Shown here one piece after another: positions 12,723 to 22,666 of a DNA stretch of 64,000 nucleotides (the first letter of the stretch is position 1; each line of letters opens with the position of its first letter). Origin of the DNA: an uncultured candidatus Porisulfidus sp. (GTDB taxonomy: Bacteria > Pseudomonadota > Gammaproteobacteria > Poriferisulfidales > Poriferisulfidaceae). Below the pieces are notes generated by a model. The model searched no databases, had not been told where the DNA came from, and saw only the letters and a program-made list of their open reading frames with translations. Position numbers and translations under genes: made by a program. The stretch spans positions 704,001-768,000 of the forward strand of contig OZ220480.1 of assembly GCA_965116025.1 (NCBI GenBank). The letters run 5' to 3'.

Positions 12723-14762
12723 ATGGAGCCGGCTAACCCCCTTCTGGAGGAGCGGCTCCTGCCTGGGTTCGGGCGGATTCTTCCCAAGCACGCGCTCCCG
12801 GCGATCCGGGCGATTCTGGCCGAGAACCGGAAGTTGATCCAGAGTCTGGATCTGGACGCCCAGAACGAGAAGTCGCTGCTGCTCCCCTTGGAGGCCACGG
12901 AATGCCGGCTGCAGGAGGCGTTCTCCCCGGTTCAGCACCTGCGCGCGGTGCGCGACAGCGCCGAATGGAGAGAGGCGCACCAGGAATGTTTAATAGAGAT
13001 AACGGAATATAATACAGAATTACTGCAAAATAAAGTATTATACGATCAATACAAAAAAATTAGAGAGGGCGACTCTTGGCTAGATTTGTCTGATGCTCGC
13101 CAGAGAGAGGTAACTCTCCAACTGAGAGACTATCGTTTGGGGGGCGTTCACCTGCCCGCGAACGAAAAGCGCCGCCTCGCCGAGATAGATCAGGAACTAG
13201 CCGCCTGCGGAGCCAGTTTCACGAACAACGTCACCGACGCGACCGGCGCGTGGTCGCTTTCGCTCGGCGAGGATTCCCGGCTGGAAGGCATGCCGGAATC
13301 CCGCCGGGAGACGCTTCGCGCGGATGCCGCCGCGCATGGGCAGGATGGCTGGAGGATCAGCCTTTTGCCTCCGAGCGTGGAGGCTGTTCTCTCCCACGCG
13401 AACGACCGGGAGCTCCGGCGCGAGGTGTACGAGGCCTACTCGACCCGCGCGTCGGACCAAGGGCCGCATGCCGGAAAATACGACAACACCGACTTGATCG
13501 AGCGAATTCTCCGCCTTCGCCACGAGCGGTCCCGATTGTTGGGTTTCGAGACGATCGCCGACCACGCGCTGGCCACGCGAATGGCCGAGAGTCCTTCCCA
13601 AGCGCTCGATTTCCTCAATGATCTGCGGGAACGGTCCCGAGAGCGGGCGCGAGAGGAGCTGAAAGAGCTCCGGGAGTTCGCCCGAGACGAGCTGGGACTG
13701 GCCGACATGCGTCGCTGGGACCTGGCTTGGACGCGGGAGCGCCTGCGCGCCCGTCGGCATGGCTTGCGCGACGAGGAGATCAGGAGCTACTTCCCGGCCG
13801 ACGCGACCATCCAAGGGATGCTGGACCTCGCGGCGGAGCTGTTCGAGTTAGAGATTTCCCGGCGCGACGATGTGGAGGTCTGGCATCCAGACGTCAGCTT
13901 CCACGAGATCCGCGACGCGAGCGGAGAGATTCTCGGACAGTTCTATCTCGATCCGTACGCCCGGCCCGACAAGCACGGGGGCGCCTGGATGGGGACGTGC
14001 GCGAGCCGCCGCATCGTCGAGGCGCGCGCGCGACCCGCGGTCGCCTATCTCACATGCAACGCTTCTCCGCCGACGGCCAGCGCGCCAGCCCTGCTCGGTC
14101 ACGACGACGTGGTCACCCTGTTTCATGAATTTGGCCATGGCCTGCACCATATGCTGACCCGGGTGGACTGCGCCGCGGTGTCTGGCATCGACGGCGTGGA
14201 GTGGGACGCGGTCGAGTGGCCCAGCCAGTGGATGGAGAACTGGTGCTGGGAACCGGAGATACTGAATCGTTTCGCGCGCCATCACGAGACCGGACGGTCT
14301 CTGCCGAAGGATTTGGCGAACCGGCTTCGCGAAAGCCGGACGTTTTGCGCGGGACTGGACTTGGCGCGCCAGTTGGAATTCGCGCTGTTCGATTTTCGTC
14401 TGCATTGGGAATACCGGCCCGAGCGCGGCGCGCGGGTCGAGGAGCTCCTCGCCGAGGTCCGTCGCGAGATCGGCGTGATGGAGACCCCTGAGTTCGTCCG
14501 GACCGCGCACAGCTTCGAGCATATCTTCTCCGGTGGCTACGCCGCGGGCTACTATAGCTACAAATGGGCGGAAGTCCTGTCCGGGGACACGTTCGCGGCG
14601 TTCCAGGAAGAGGGATTGCTCGACCGGGACGTCGCCCGGCGTTTCCGGGACCGCGTGCTGTCCGCTGGCGGAGTTCGGCCCGCGGCCGAGATGTTCCGGT
14701 CTTTCCGCGGACGTGACCCGAGTCCAGACGCGTTGTTGCGGCAGATGGGACTGGCGGCGTGA
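12723..14762 (+). CDS. prlC: Oligopeptidase A (M3 family)
   Basis: FHEFGHGLHH zinc motif, KHGGAWM, GGYAAGYYSYKWAEVL. Confidence 0.93.
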   Translation: MEPANPLLEERLLPGFGRILPKHALPAIRAILAENRKLIQSLDLDAQNEKSLLLPLEATECRLQEAFSPVQHLRAVRDSAEWREAHQECLIEITEYNTELLQNKVLYDQYKKIREGDSWLDLSDARQREVTLQLRDYRLGGVHLPANEKRRLAEIDQELAACGASFTNNVTDATGAWSLSLGEDSRLEGMPESRRETLRADAAAHGQDGWRISLLPPSVEAVLSHANDRELRREVYEAYSTRASDQGPHAGKYDNTDLIERILRLRHERSRLLGFETIADHALATRMAESPSQALDFLNDLRERSRERAREELKELREFARDELGLADMRRWDLAWTRERLRARRHGLRDEEIRSYFPADATIQGMLDLAAELFELEISRRDDVEVWHPDVSFHEIRDASGEILGQFYLDPYARPDKHGGAWMGTCASRRIVEARARPAVAYLTCNASPPTASAPALLGHDDVVTLFHEFGHGLHHMLTRVDCAAVSGIDGVEWDAVEWPSQWMENWCWEPEILNRFARHHETGRSLPKDLANRLRESRTFCAGLDLARQLEFALFDFRLHWEYRPERGARVEELLAEVRREIGVMETPEFVRTAHSFEHIFSGGYAAGYYSYKWAEVLSGDTFAAFQEEGLLDRDVARRFRDRVLSAGGVRPAAEMFRSFRGRDPSPDALLRQMGLAA

Positions 14763-15523
14763 AGATCGCGACCTGGAACGTCAACTCGATCCGGGCGCGT
14801 CTGCCGCACGTGCTCGACTGGCTGCGCGAGAATCCCGTGGACGCGCTGTGCCTGCAGGAAACCAAGGTGGTGGACGAGAACTTCCCGCGAGAAGAGATTG
14901 AGAGCGCGGGATACCACGCGACGTTCGCTGGACAGAAAACCTACAACGGAGTCGCCGTCCTGACGAGGCGCCCCGTCGCGGAATCGTTCTCCGATATTCC
15001 CGGACTGGACGATCCGGACCGCAGGATCTTGGGCGCGACCGTCGAGGACTGGAGAATCCTGAACCTGTACGTGGTGAATGGGAAGGAGGTCGGCGACCCC
15101 AAGTACGACCACAAGCTTCATTGGTTGCGAAAAGTGCGGGAGTTCGTCGCGCGGGACCGGCGGGAGAGCGACCGGTATCTCGTCTTGGGGGATTTCAACG
15201 TCGCCCCCGCGGACGCGGACGTGCACGACCCGGACCTTTGGCGGGAGCGCATCCTCTGCTCGACTCCAGAGCGGGCGGCGCTGGAGGAGATCTTGGAGAC
15301 GGGCTTCGAGGATTGCTTCCGGCTCTTCGAGCAGGAGCCGGAATCGTTCAGTTGGTGGGATTATCGCCAAGGAGCGTTTCGCCGCAACCGGGGCCTGCGC
15401 ATCGATCTCATTCTCGCCAGTCCGGCGGCCGCGGAGCGTTGCGCGGCTTGCCATATCGACAAGAGTCCGCGCCGTCGGGAGCGGCCCTCGGACCACGCCC
15501 CGGTGGTGGCGGAATTCCGGTAG
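14759..15523 (+). CDS. xth: Exodeoxyribonuclease III
   Basis: MKIATWNVNS, CLQETK, LGDFNV, GLRIDLIL, PSDHAPV. Confidence 0.95.
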   Translation: MKIATWNVNSIRARLPHVLDWLRENPVDALCLQETKVVDENFPREEIESAGYHATFAGQKTYNGVAVLTRRPVAESFSDIPGLDDPDRRILGATVEDWRILNLYVVNGKEVGDPKYDHKLHWLRKVREFVARDRRESDRYLVLGDFNVAPADADVHDPDLWRERILCSTPERAALEEILETGFEDCFRLFEQEPESFSWWDYRQGAFRRNRGLRIDLILASPAAAERCAACHIDKSPRRRERPSDHAPVVAEFR

Positions 15524-15537
15524 GTCGGGCCTCGGCC

Positions 15538-16284
15538 TTACTCGAGAACCGAGCAACCGTCCCGGTTGCAGCGGAACACGACGTTCCGAATTCCGGTCAA
15601 GCAGTCGACCTCGTACAGATCCTCGTCGCCGCCGGATTTCAGCAACGACATCTTGCTTCGCTTCAGGCAACCGGCGCCGACCAAGGACTCTTGGGCCTGC
15701 GCGTAGAACTGCCCGCGGCGGTATTCCTTCTCCAGGGAAATCTCTGAAAGCGCGGCGCCATCCGGGTTTTCCGGTGCCGTGGCGTGGCGCGGCAGCTCTG
15801 GCTCTTCGTACGCCTCGACCTCGACGATCCCTTCGTTCAAAGCGCGCTTGTGCTTGCGCAGGAACTCGTTGATCTTGTACACCTGCTCGACGGCCGTGTC
15901 CCGGCAGACGTCGATGTCGGAGCAGAACGCCTCCACCTGGATGGTGGCGATGCCGCCCTCATGCGGGATTCTCCTGATCCGGTACTGAAACTCCTCGCGG
16001 TTCTGGTCCGGCTCCGGGCTGAACGCGGTCAGAGTGAGCTCGTCCTTTTGGTCGACGGAAAACCGGGCGTTCAGTTCCAGCCATTCCCTGGCCTGTCGCC
16101 ATAGATACTCGCATTCCTGACCGAGGTTGCAGGAAACGAAATCCTTCGCGCCCGCGTCGACCTGATTGTCGCCGGTGTCCTCGCCAATGCCGAAGTCGAT
16201 CGCCGAAAGATCGATATCCTCAAGGCCTGAGCTGCAACCGCCGATTAGGCCGAAAGAGAGAAACAGGGGAAGAAGTCGCCGCAT
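15538..16284 (-). CDS. Hypothetical Cys-rich lipoprotein
   Basis: ATG at 16284: MRRLLPLFLSFGLIGG-C lipobox-like leader; several paired cysteines. Confidence 0.7.
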   Translation of the reverse strand: MRRLLPLFLSFGLIGGCSSGLEDIDLSAIDFGIGEDTGDNQVDAGAKDFVSCNLGQECEYLWRQAREWLELNARFSVDQKDELTLTAFSPEPDQNREEFQYRIRRIPHEGGIATIQVEAFCSDIDVCRDTAVEQVYKINEFLRKHKRALNEGIVEVEAYEEPELPRHATAPENPDGAALSEISLEKEYRRGQFYAQAQESLVGAGCLKRSKMSLLKSGGDEDLYEVDCLTGIRNVVFRCNRDGCSVLE

Positions 16285-16391
16285 GGGATAAGGTCCAGAT
16301 GGTGGGGAAGCGCCGGGCGATAATTTTGCCCGAAAAGCGGCGCGCGGGCAAATCGGCAGGGGAAATCCGCTACCCCGCGCGGCGTTGCGAA

Positions 16392-17906
16392 TCAGGATAG
16401 CAGCAAGCTCTCCATGGGCATTTCCGCCGGACGCTCCAGGCCCATCAGGTCGAGGACGGTTGGCGCGACGTTCGCGAGGCCGCCGCCGTCGCGCAGCCGG
16501 CGCTCGGTTCGGTCCACTACCGCGCACGGGACCGGATGCGTCGTGTGCTGGGTGTGGGGCCGCCCGTCCGCGTCGACCATCTCGTCGCAATTTCCGTGGT
16601 CAGCAGTAAGCAACAACGCCATTTCCCGCTCTCTCGCCACGTCGACGATCCGGCCGACTTGGAGGTCCAGCGTCTCGAGAGCCTGAATGATCGCGTCTTC
16701 CCGCGCCGTGTGCCCGACCATGTCGGCGTTGGCGAAGTTGACCAGGATGAATCCGTAACGGTCGTCGCGGATACCGTCGATCACCGCGTCGGCGACCGCC
16801 TCCGCGCTCATCTCCGGACTTTGGTCGTAGGTCTCGACATCCGGAGAGGGCAGCATCACGCGCCGCTCGCCCGGCCAGGGATCCTCGCGGCCCCCGTTGA
16901 AGAAGAACGTGACGTGGGGGTATTTCTCGGTCTCCGCGCAACGCAGTTGCGGGATGCCGTGCGCGCTGACGACCTCGGCCAAGGTCGTGGCGGGCCGGAC
17001 CTCCTCGAACGCGATCGGCACCGTGGGGCCGAGACCGAAATCGGTCATCGTCACCATGTTCACCGGATGATGCTCTCCGCGGTCGAATTCCTGAAAATCG
17101 GGATCGACCAGGCTCTCCGCCAGTTGCCGCGGACGGTCGTTGCGGAAATTGAAGAACACGATGAGATCGCCTCGCGCCGGGGGCGTGGCCCCTCCGCAGA
17201 CCGTGGGGCAGATGAACTCGTCGCCGAGATCTTTCTCGTAGGCCTGGAGGATAGCCGCCTCCGCGTTCGGAGCGGTCTTTCCTCTGCCGCGCGCGATGGC
17301 GTCGAACGCGAGCTTGGTGCGGGACCAGCGACGGTCGCGGTCCATCGCGTAATGCCGGCCGCACACGGTGTCGATGGCGCCGCCTTCCTCCCCAAGCGCG
17401 TCGGCTAGGGCGGGGAGGTAGTCCAAGGCGCTTCGAGGCGGGACGTCTCGTCCATCGGTGATCATGTGGACGCGCGGCTGGAAACCCTCGCGGCGCGCGA
17501 ACTCGATCAGCGCCAGGAGGTGACGGATATGGGAGTGCACGCCTCCGTCGGATGCCAGGCCGAGCAGGTGCAGCCGCCCGCCGACCAGTTTGGTGAAGTG
17601 GAAATTCAATCGAAGAATGTCGTTTTCGAGGAAAGATCCGTCTTGGACGCTCTGATCGATTCGAACGAGATCCTGTAGAAGGACGTTCCCGCATCCCATG
17701 ATCATGTGTCCAACTTCGGAGTTGCCCATCTGTCCGTCCGGCAGGCCGACCGCCACTCCGCTGGCCTGTAGCTCGGTGAACGAGGGTCCGGAGAACAGGG
17801 CGTCCAGCCGTGGGGTGCGGGCCTTCGCCAGGGCGTTGTTTCGGGGGTCCGGATTGAGGCCGACCCCGTCCAGAATGACCAAGATGGCGGGGTGGCACTG
17901 GTCCAT
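16392..17906 (-). CDS. gpmI: 2,3-bisphosphoglycerate-independent phosphoglycerate mutase
   Basis: LVILDG, GQMGNSEVGH, ETEKYPHVTFFFNGG, DMVGH, TADHGN. Confidence 0.97.
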   Translation of the reverse strand: MDQCHPAILVILDGVGLNPDPRNNALAKARTPRLDALFSGPSFTELQASGVAVGLPDGQMGNSEVGHMIMGCGNVLLQDLVRIDQSVQDGSFLENDILRLNFHFTKLVGGRLHLLGLASDGGVHSHIRHLLALIEFARREGFQPRVHMITDGRDVPPRSALDYLPALADALGEEGGAIDTVCGRHYAMDRDRRWSRTKLAFDAIARGRGKTAPNAEAAILQAYEKDLGDEFICPTVCGGATPPARGDLIVFFNFRNDRPRQLAESLVDPDFQEFDRGEHHPVNMVTMTDFGLGPTVPIAFEEVRPATTLAEVVSAHGIPQLRCAETEKYPHVTFFFNGGREDPWPGERRVMLPSPDVETYDQSPEMSAEAVADAVIDGIRDDRYGFILVNFANADMVGHTAREDAIIQALETLDLQVGRIVDVAREREMALLLTADHGNCDEMVDADGRPHTQHTTHPVPCAVVDRTERRLRDGGGLANVAPTVLDLMGLERPAEMPMESLLLS

Positions 17907-18148
17907 TGAAATATTATCGCATGATGCCGCTTGGCGCGCGCGGCCGATGCTGGCGGCGATGCATTATGATGGCGGTGCCCGACCACGCCGCTGGCGTGAC
18001 CCGCGATGACCAGTTGCCTTCGAAAGACCAAGGCGTTTCGCCTCCGCCAACCTCCCTCACGTTTGATGGCCCGCCAAGAAGTCGGCGGGCGACCGCGCGA
18101 GCCTCGGCAGGTTGACGATGCACGTTTCAGCGGGGAGGCGTCGTAGCC

Positions 18149-20971
18149 ATGCGCTTATCCTGGAACGAGGTTCGCGTTCGCGCCGCCGATTTCGCCAAGG
18201 ACTGGAGCGACGCGTCCTACGAGAAGGGCGACGCGCAAAGCTTTTACAACGCTTTCTTCGGCGTGTTCGGTGTGCGGCGGCGGAGCGTCGCGCGCTATGA
18301 GGAGCATGTCGCGAAGCTGGGCGACCGCTGGGGCTTCATCGACCTGTTCTGGCCGGGCGTGCTGATCGTCGAGCAGAAGAGCGTCGGGCGCGACCTGAAA
18401 GCGGCCTACGAGCAGGCCGGCGAGTATTTCGATGCCCTGCCCGAGCATGAGCGTCCGCGCTACATTCTGGTCAGCGACTTCCAGACCTTCGAGCTTCACG
18501 ATCTGGACGAGGGAGAGGAGACCGCGTTCCGGCTGGCCGAGTTTCCCGACCACGTCGAGGCGTTCGGGTTCATGCTCGGCGTTCAGCGCCGGACGTTCCG
18601 CGATCAGGACCCGGCCAACATCAAGGCGGCCGAGCTGGTCGGGCGACTGCACGACGCGCTGGCCGACGCCGGACACGGGGGACATGATCTGGAACGGTTT
18701 CTCGTGCGGATCGCGTTCTGCCTGTTCGCTGACGATACCGGGGTTTTCGAGCCGCGCGGCATCTTTCTTGAGTTCATCGAGACGCGCACGAGCGGGAGCG
18801 GGGCTGATCTCGGCCCTTGGCTCGCGCATTTGTTTCAAGTGCTCAACACGAAGGAAAGCGAGCGGGTGGCGACGCTGGACGAGGATTTGGCGCGGTTCGC
18901 TTGGGTCGACGGAGATCTGTTCAAAGACCGCTTGCGGATATTCTCCTTCAACGCGGCGATGCGCGAGACGTTGCTGGAAGCCTGTCGCTTCGACTGGTCG
19001 AACATCTCCCCCGCGATTTTCGGATCGCTGTTCCAGTCGGTGATGGCGCCGGCCGAGCGCCGGGCGCAGGGGGCGCACTACACGACCGAAAAGAACATTC
19101 TCAAGGTGATCGAGCCGTTGTTCCTGGACGACCTGCGAGCGGAGTTCGAGCGACTGCGCGCGCGGCGCGGCCGGGGACGCTTGGCCGCGCTCCGAGGATT
19201 CAAGGCGAAGCTCGGCAAGCTGAGGTTCCTTGACCCGGCCTGCGGCTGCGGCAACTTTCTCATCATCGCCTACCGAGAGTTGCGGTCGCTCGAGATGGAA
19301 GTGCTGAAGGAGCTCCATCCGCGAAACTTTCAGGGGACGAGACAGTCCGTGCTGTTGCCGGGAGACGTTTCCGTCATTGACGTGGACCAGTTCTACGGGA
19401 TCGAGATCGGCGAGTTCCCGGCTCGCATCGCGGAGACGGCGTTGTGGATGATGGATCACATCATGAACAACAGGCTGAGTTTGGAGGCTGGCCAGATCTT
19501 CACTCGAATCCCGCTCAAGAAGTCTCCGCATATCGTCCATGGCGACGCGCTGGAAATGAATTGGGCGGAACTGTTGCCGCCGGGCGAATGCTCTTTCGTG
19601 CTGGGCAATCCGCCGTTCGTGGGGGCGAAGTATCAGACGGTCGAACAACGCGCGCAGATGCGCCAGATCGCCGCGCTGGGCGGAAACGGTGGCACGCTCG
19701 ATTACGTTTGCGCTTGGTTCATCAAGGCGAAAGAGTACGTGAAGGGCGCCACCCGGATCGGGTTCGTCGCTACCAACTCGATCACGCAAGGCGAGCAGGT
19801 CGCGCAACTCTGGCCCGTTCTGTTCGGTCGTTCCGGGCTTGAGATCGCGTTCGCGCATCGGAGTTTCGCTTGGGGCTCGGACGCGCGCGGCAAGGCGCAT
19901 GTGCATGTCATCATTCTGGGGCTTGGTTGGCAGAGGGTCGCGCCAGCGGAAAAACGCCTTTTCCACTATTCCGATATCAATGGCGAGCCGGAAGAAAGCC
20001 GCCATGCCGCGCTCTCGCCCTATCTGTTCGATGCCAGCGGCTTGGCCAACCCGCATCTGACGGTGTGGGAAGAGAGCAAGCCGATCAACGGGATGAGCAA
20101 GATGATTATCGGGTCCAAGCCCATTGACGGAGGCCGCTACATCTTCGACGAGGCGGAACGCGCCGCGTTTTTGGACGCGGAGCCCGAGGCCAAGCCTTGG
20201 CTTCGCCCATTCATTGGAGCGAAGGAATTTCTGAATGGAGAGAAGCGCTGGATTCTGGCGTTGCATAACGCGCCGCCCGAAGCGCTGGCGCGACTGCCGC
20301 ATGTGCGAGAGCGGATCGCCGCCGTCCAAGCCTATCGAGAGTCCAGCGAGAGCGAGCCGACCCGGAGTCTCGCCGAAACGCCCACGCTTTACCATGTCAA
20401 TGTTCTGCCATCCGCGCCTTTTCTGGTGATCCCGGAAGTTAGCTCCGAACGCCGACGATACGTGCCGATCGGATGGCTGGAGCCACCGGTAGTCCCGAGC
20501 AACCTCGTTCGGGTGTTGCCAGATGCCACCCTGGTGGATTTCGCGTTATTGACCTCGGCTATGCATATGGCGTGGCTACGTCATATTGGCGGGCGGCTGG
20601 GGAGCGGGTATCGGTACTCCATCGGCATCGTCTACAACACCTTTCCGACCCCGCCCAAGAGCGCGGACTTGTCGAAACTGGAACCGTCCGCCCAAGCTGT
20701 GCTTGATGCCCGCGCCGTGCATCCGGATGCGACGCTGACCGATCTCTACGACCCGATTTCGATGCCACCGAACCTTCGTAAGGCGCATCAGGCGCTCGAC
20801 CGCGCCGTGGATCGTCTTTACCGTCGCGCCAAATTCTCCTCCGATAGAGACCGTGTCGAATGGTTGCTGACGCTGTACGAGAGGATGCGCGCGCCATTGG
20901 AAGCCGAGGCGCGCGGCGTGCCGAAGCGGCGACGGAGAGCTCGGTCCTTGCCAGAAGCGGGAAAGTCGTGA
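18149..20971 (+). CDS. MmeI-like type IIL/IIG fused restriction endonuclease-adenine methyltransferase
   Basis: N-terminal IDLFWPG..VEQKS nuclease motif, GAHYTTEKNI, LDPACGCGNF (motif I), GNPPF (motif IV), C-terminal TRD region with LYDP..MPPNL. Confidence 0.9.
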   Translation: MRLSWNEVRVRAADFAKDWSDASYEKGDAQSFYNAFFGVFGVRRRSVARYEEHVAKLGDRWGFIDLFWPGVLIVEQKSVGRDLKAAYEQAGEYFDALPEHERPRYILVSDFQTFELHDLDEGEETAFRLAEFPDHVEAFGFMLGVQRRTFRDQDPANIKAAELVGRLHDALADAGHGGHDLERFLVRIAFCLFADDTGVFEPRGIFLEFIETRTSGSGADLGPWLAHLFQVLNTKESERVATLDEDLARFAWVDGDLFKDRLRIFSFNAAMRETLLEACRFDWSNISPAIFGSLFQSVMAPAERRAQGAHYTTEKNILKVIEPLFLDDLRAEFERLRARRGRGRLAALRGFKAKLGKLRFLDPACGCGNFLIIAYRELRSLEMEVLKELHPRNFQGTRQSVLLPGDVSVIDVDQFYGIEIGEFPARIAETALWMMDHIMNNRLSLEAGQIFTRIPLKKSPHIVHGDALEMNWAELLPPGECSFVLGNPPFVGAKYQTVEQRAQMRQIAALGGNGGTLDYVCAWFIKAKEYVKGATRIGFVATNSITQGEQVAQLWPVLFGRSGLEIAFAHRSFAWGSDARGKAHVHVIILGLGWQRVAPAEKRLFHYSDINGEPEESRHAALSPYLFDASGLANPHLTVWEESKPINGMSKMIIGSKPIDGGRYIFDEAERAAFLDAEPEAKPWLRPFIGAKEFLNGEKRWILALHNAPPEALARLPHVRERIAAVQAYRESSESEPTRSLAETPTLYHVNVLPSAPFLVIPEVSSERRRYVPIGWLEPPVVPSNLVRVLPDATLVDFALLTSAMHMAWLRHIGGRLGSGYRYSIGIVYNTFPTPPKSADLSKLEPSAQAVLDARAVHPDATLTDLYDPISMPPNLRKAHQALDRAVDRLYRRAKFSSDRDRVEWLLTLYERMRAPLEAEARGVPKRRRRARSLPEAGKS

Positions 20972-21225
20972 CGACAGTCTGATATCAGCTCGCCACTCGT
21001 GTTGTCGCGCTCGCGGCCCCGGGTTTCGCGCCTCACCCCAGAAATCCAGCCCTCGAGGCACCTCCGCGCCACTTCCGGCGGCAGGCTGGCTGCCACTCTT
21101 CCCCGCGGAACGCCCGTCGGCGCGACGGACGCCCCCAAATCATGCGAAAATCCTTCGGGCGGAGGTTTTCTGCCAAGCACTACAATAGGATCGCGCGCCG
21201 GCACCGTACAGTCAACCATTCAGCG

Positions 21226-21343
21226 AAAGAGTCTGGTGAACGATATGGCACATACCAACGGCATCAAAAGCGCATGGGCGGTTATGCAGGATAGGCTGGA
21301 CGACCTATTCCGGGCCATGACCGGCGAGACGAGTACTTATAGA
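21226..21343 (+). pseudogene. Small remnant of an IS1595-family transposase
   Basis: Encodes ...VNDMAHTNGIKSAWA joined to ...GETSTY, resembling the HTNGIESFW and GKRLTY motifs of IS1595/ISXO2 transposases with the middle deleted. Confidence 0.5.
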
Positions 21344-21366
21344 ATTCACGTCATAGGAGATCGGAA

Positions 21367-22110
21367 ATGAGCAACATGCGCATTGAGGGTGCACGATCAG
21401 GCTACGCGATTTATAACGCAAAAGCGGAAAGAAAAACCAAGATAAACACGCTGGAGCAGTTTTACCCGCCACTCCCTGACAAGAAATTCTCAATTTTGTA
21501 TGCTGACCCACCGTGGCATTACAACGGCAAATTACAGTATGACCTTACCGCCACACTAGCTAAGAATGATGGGTGGAAAAAGGATGTCTTTGTCAGCGCG
21601 GCATCATTCAAGTATCCGACCATCAAGATGCGTGAACTCAAGAAGCTCGCTGTCGAATCGATCGCGGAGGATGATAGTCTACTTTTTATGTGGACAACCA
21701 ACCCTCACCTGCAACAAGCAATTGAACTAGGTGCTTCTTGGGGGTTTGAATACAAGACCGTAGCCTTCGTATGGAACAAGATGGCACACAACCCTGGACA
21801 ATACACGCTATCCTATTGCGAACTATGTCTGCTTTTTAAAAGAGGAAAAATCCCTCAACCAAGAGGGGCCCGTAACATCAAGCAACTAATTAGCTGCCAT
21901 CGGAAAAAGCATAGCGAAAAACCGGGTGAAGTGGCAGAAAACATTGAAAAGATGTTCCCTACCCAAACCAAGGTTGAATTGTTTGCCAGAACCAGGAAAG
22001 ACGGTTGGTATCCGTGGGGTCTTGAGGCCATCAAAGGGGAAGTGGCAACTAGCGCAGAAGATGCTTCAACTTCTTCTCAAAGTGTTCTAGTAATGGGCGC
22101 GGGTCTTTAG
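21367..22110 (+). CDS. MT-A70-family DNA adenine methyltransferase (M.MunI-like)
   Basis: ILYADPPW, LFMW, HSEKP, ELFAR motifs; convergent with a MunI-like endonuclease; low GC. Confidence 0.87.
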   Translation: MSNMRIEGARSGYAIYNAKAERKTKINTLEQFYPPLPDKKFSILYADPPWHYNGKLQYDLTATLAKNDGWKKDVFVSAASFKYPTIKMRELKKLAVESIAEDDSLLFMWTTNPHLQQAIELGASWGFEYKTVAFVWNKMAHNPGQYTLSYCELCLLFKRGKIPQPRGARNIKQLISCHRKKHSEKPGEVAENIEKMFPTQTKVELFARTRKDGWYPWGLEAIKGEVATSAEDASTSSQSVLVMGAGL

Positions 22111-22648
22111 TGTTCCGCCAGAAGAAATAATGATGAGGGAACTCATCGAACCAAAAAGCGATTTCTCTGACCCTGCACGGATCTCTGGTGATGTTTCCCT
22201 GAAATACGGTCCAGAATGGCAAATCAGGTTCCTTGATACCGCTTTTCCTTCGGAGAATCTTCAACAGTCCAGGTGTGAAGTATTTACAGCATCGTTCATG
22301 CGCATTTCCTCTTCCTGCGCTTCTAGGTTTTCCCTCAACCCATCCGTCTTGCCGCTTTACTTCGACATAAAGGATTTTGCCAGTCTTGATATTGGTGATT
22401 TTGTAGTCAGGCGTTATGCCATGTTTCTTGATAGGCTCGTCAGGAATATAGATTTCGGAAAGCGTATCATCGGATAGAAAAACATCGACATAAATCTGCC
22501 TCAATTCTTTTGGTCTTGGCGTGACCGTGTAAGAGGTCCCATCAAAGAGTTTCTGGAATGCGCTGTAGAAAGAATGTTCAGCATCGGTGGCTTTCGTGCC
22601 ACCAACACCTTGCCAAGCATCTCTTTCACTTAATTTGTTCTTACCCAT
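22049..22648 (-). CDS. MunI-like type II restriction endonuclease (predicted site CAATTG)
   Basis: PD...EVKRQDGWVEGK..SAGRGNAHERCCKYFTPGLL and GNITRDPCRVREIAFW closely match R.MunI as I recall it; 199 aa. Specificity is inferred. Confidence 0.85.
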   Translation of the reverse strand: MGKNKLSERDAWQGVGGTKATDAEHSFYSAFQKLFDGTSYTVTPRPKELRQIYVDVFLSDDTLSEIYIPDEPIKKHGITPDYKITNIKTGKILYVEVKRQDGWVEGKPRSAGRGNAHERCCKYFTPGLLKILRRKSGIKEPDLPFWTVFQGNITRDPCRVREIAFWFDEFPHHYFFWRNTKDPRPLLEHFEKKLKHLLR

Positions 22649-22666
22649 ACCCGCTATTTCCCAAAA

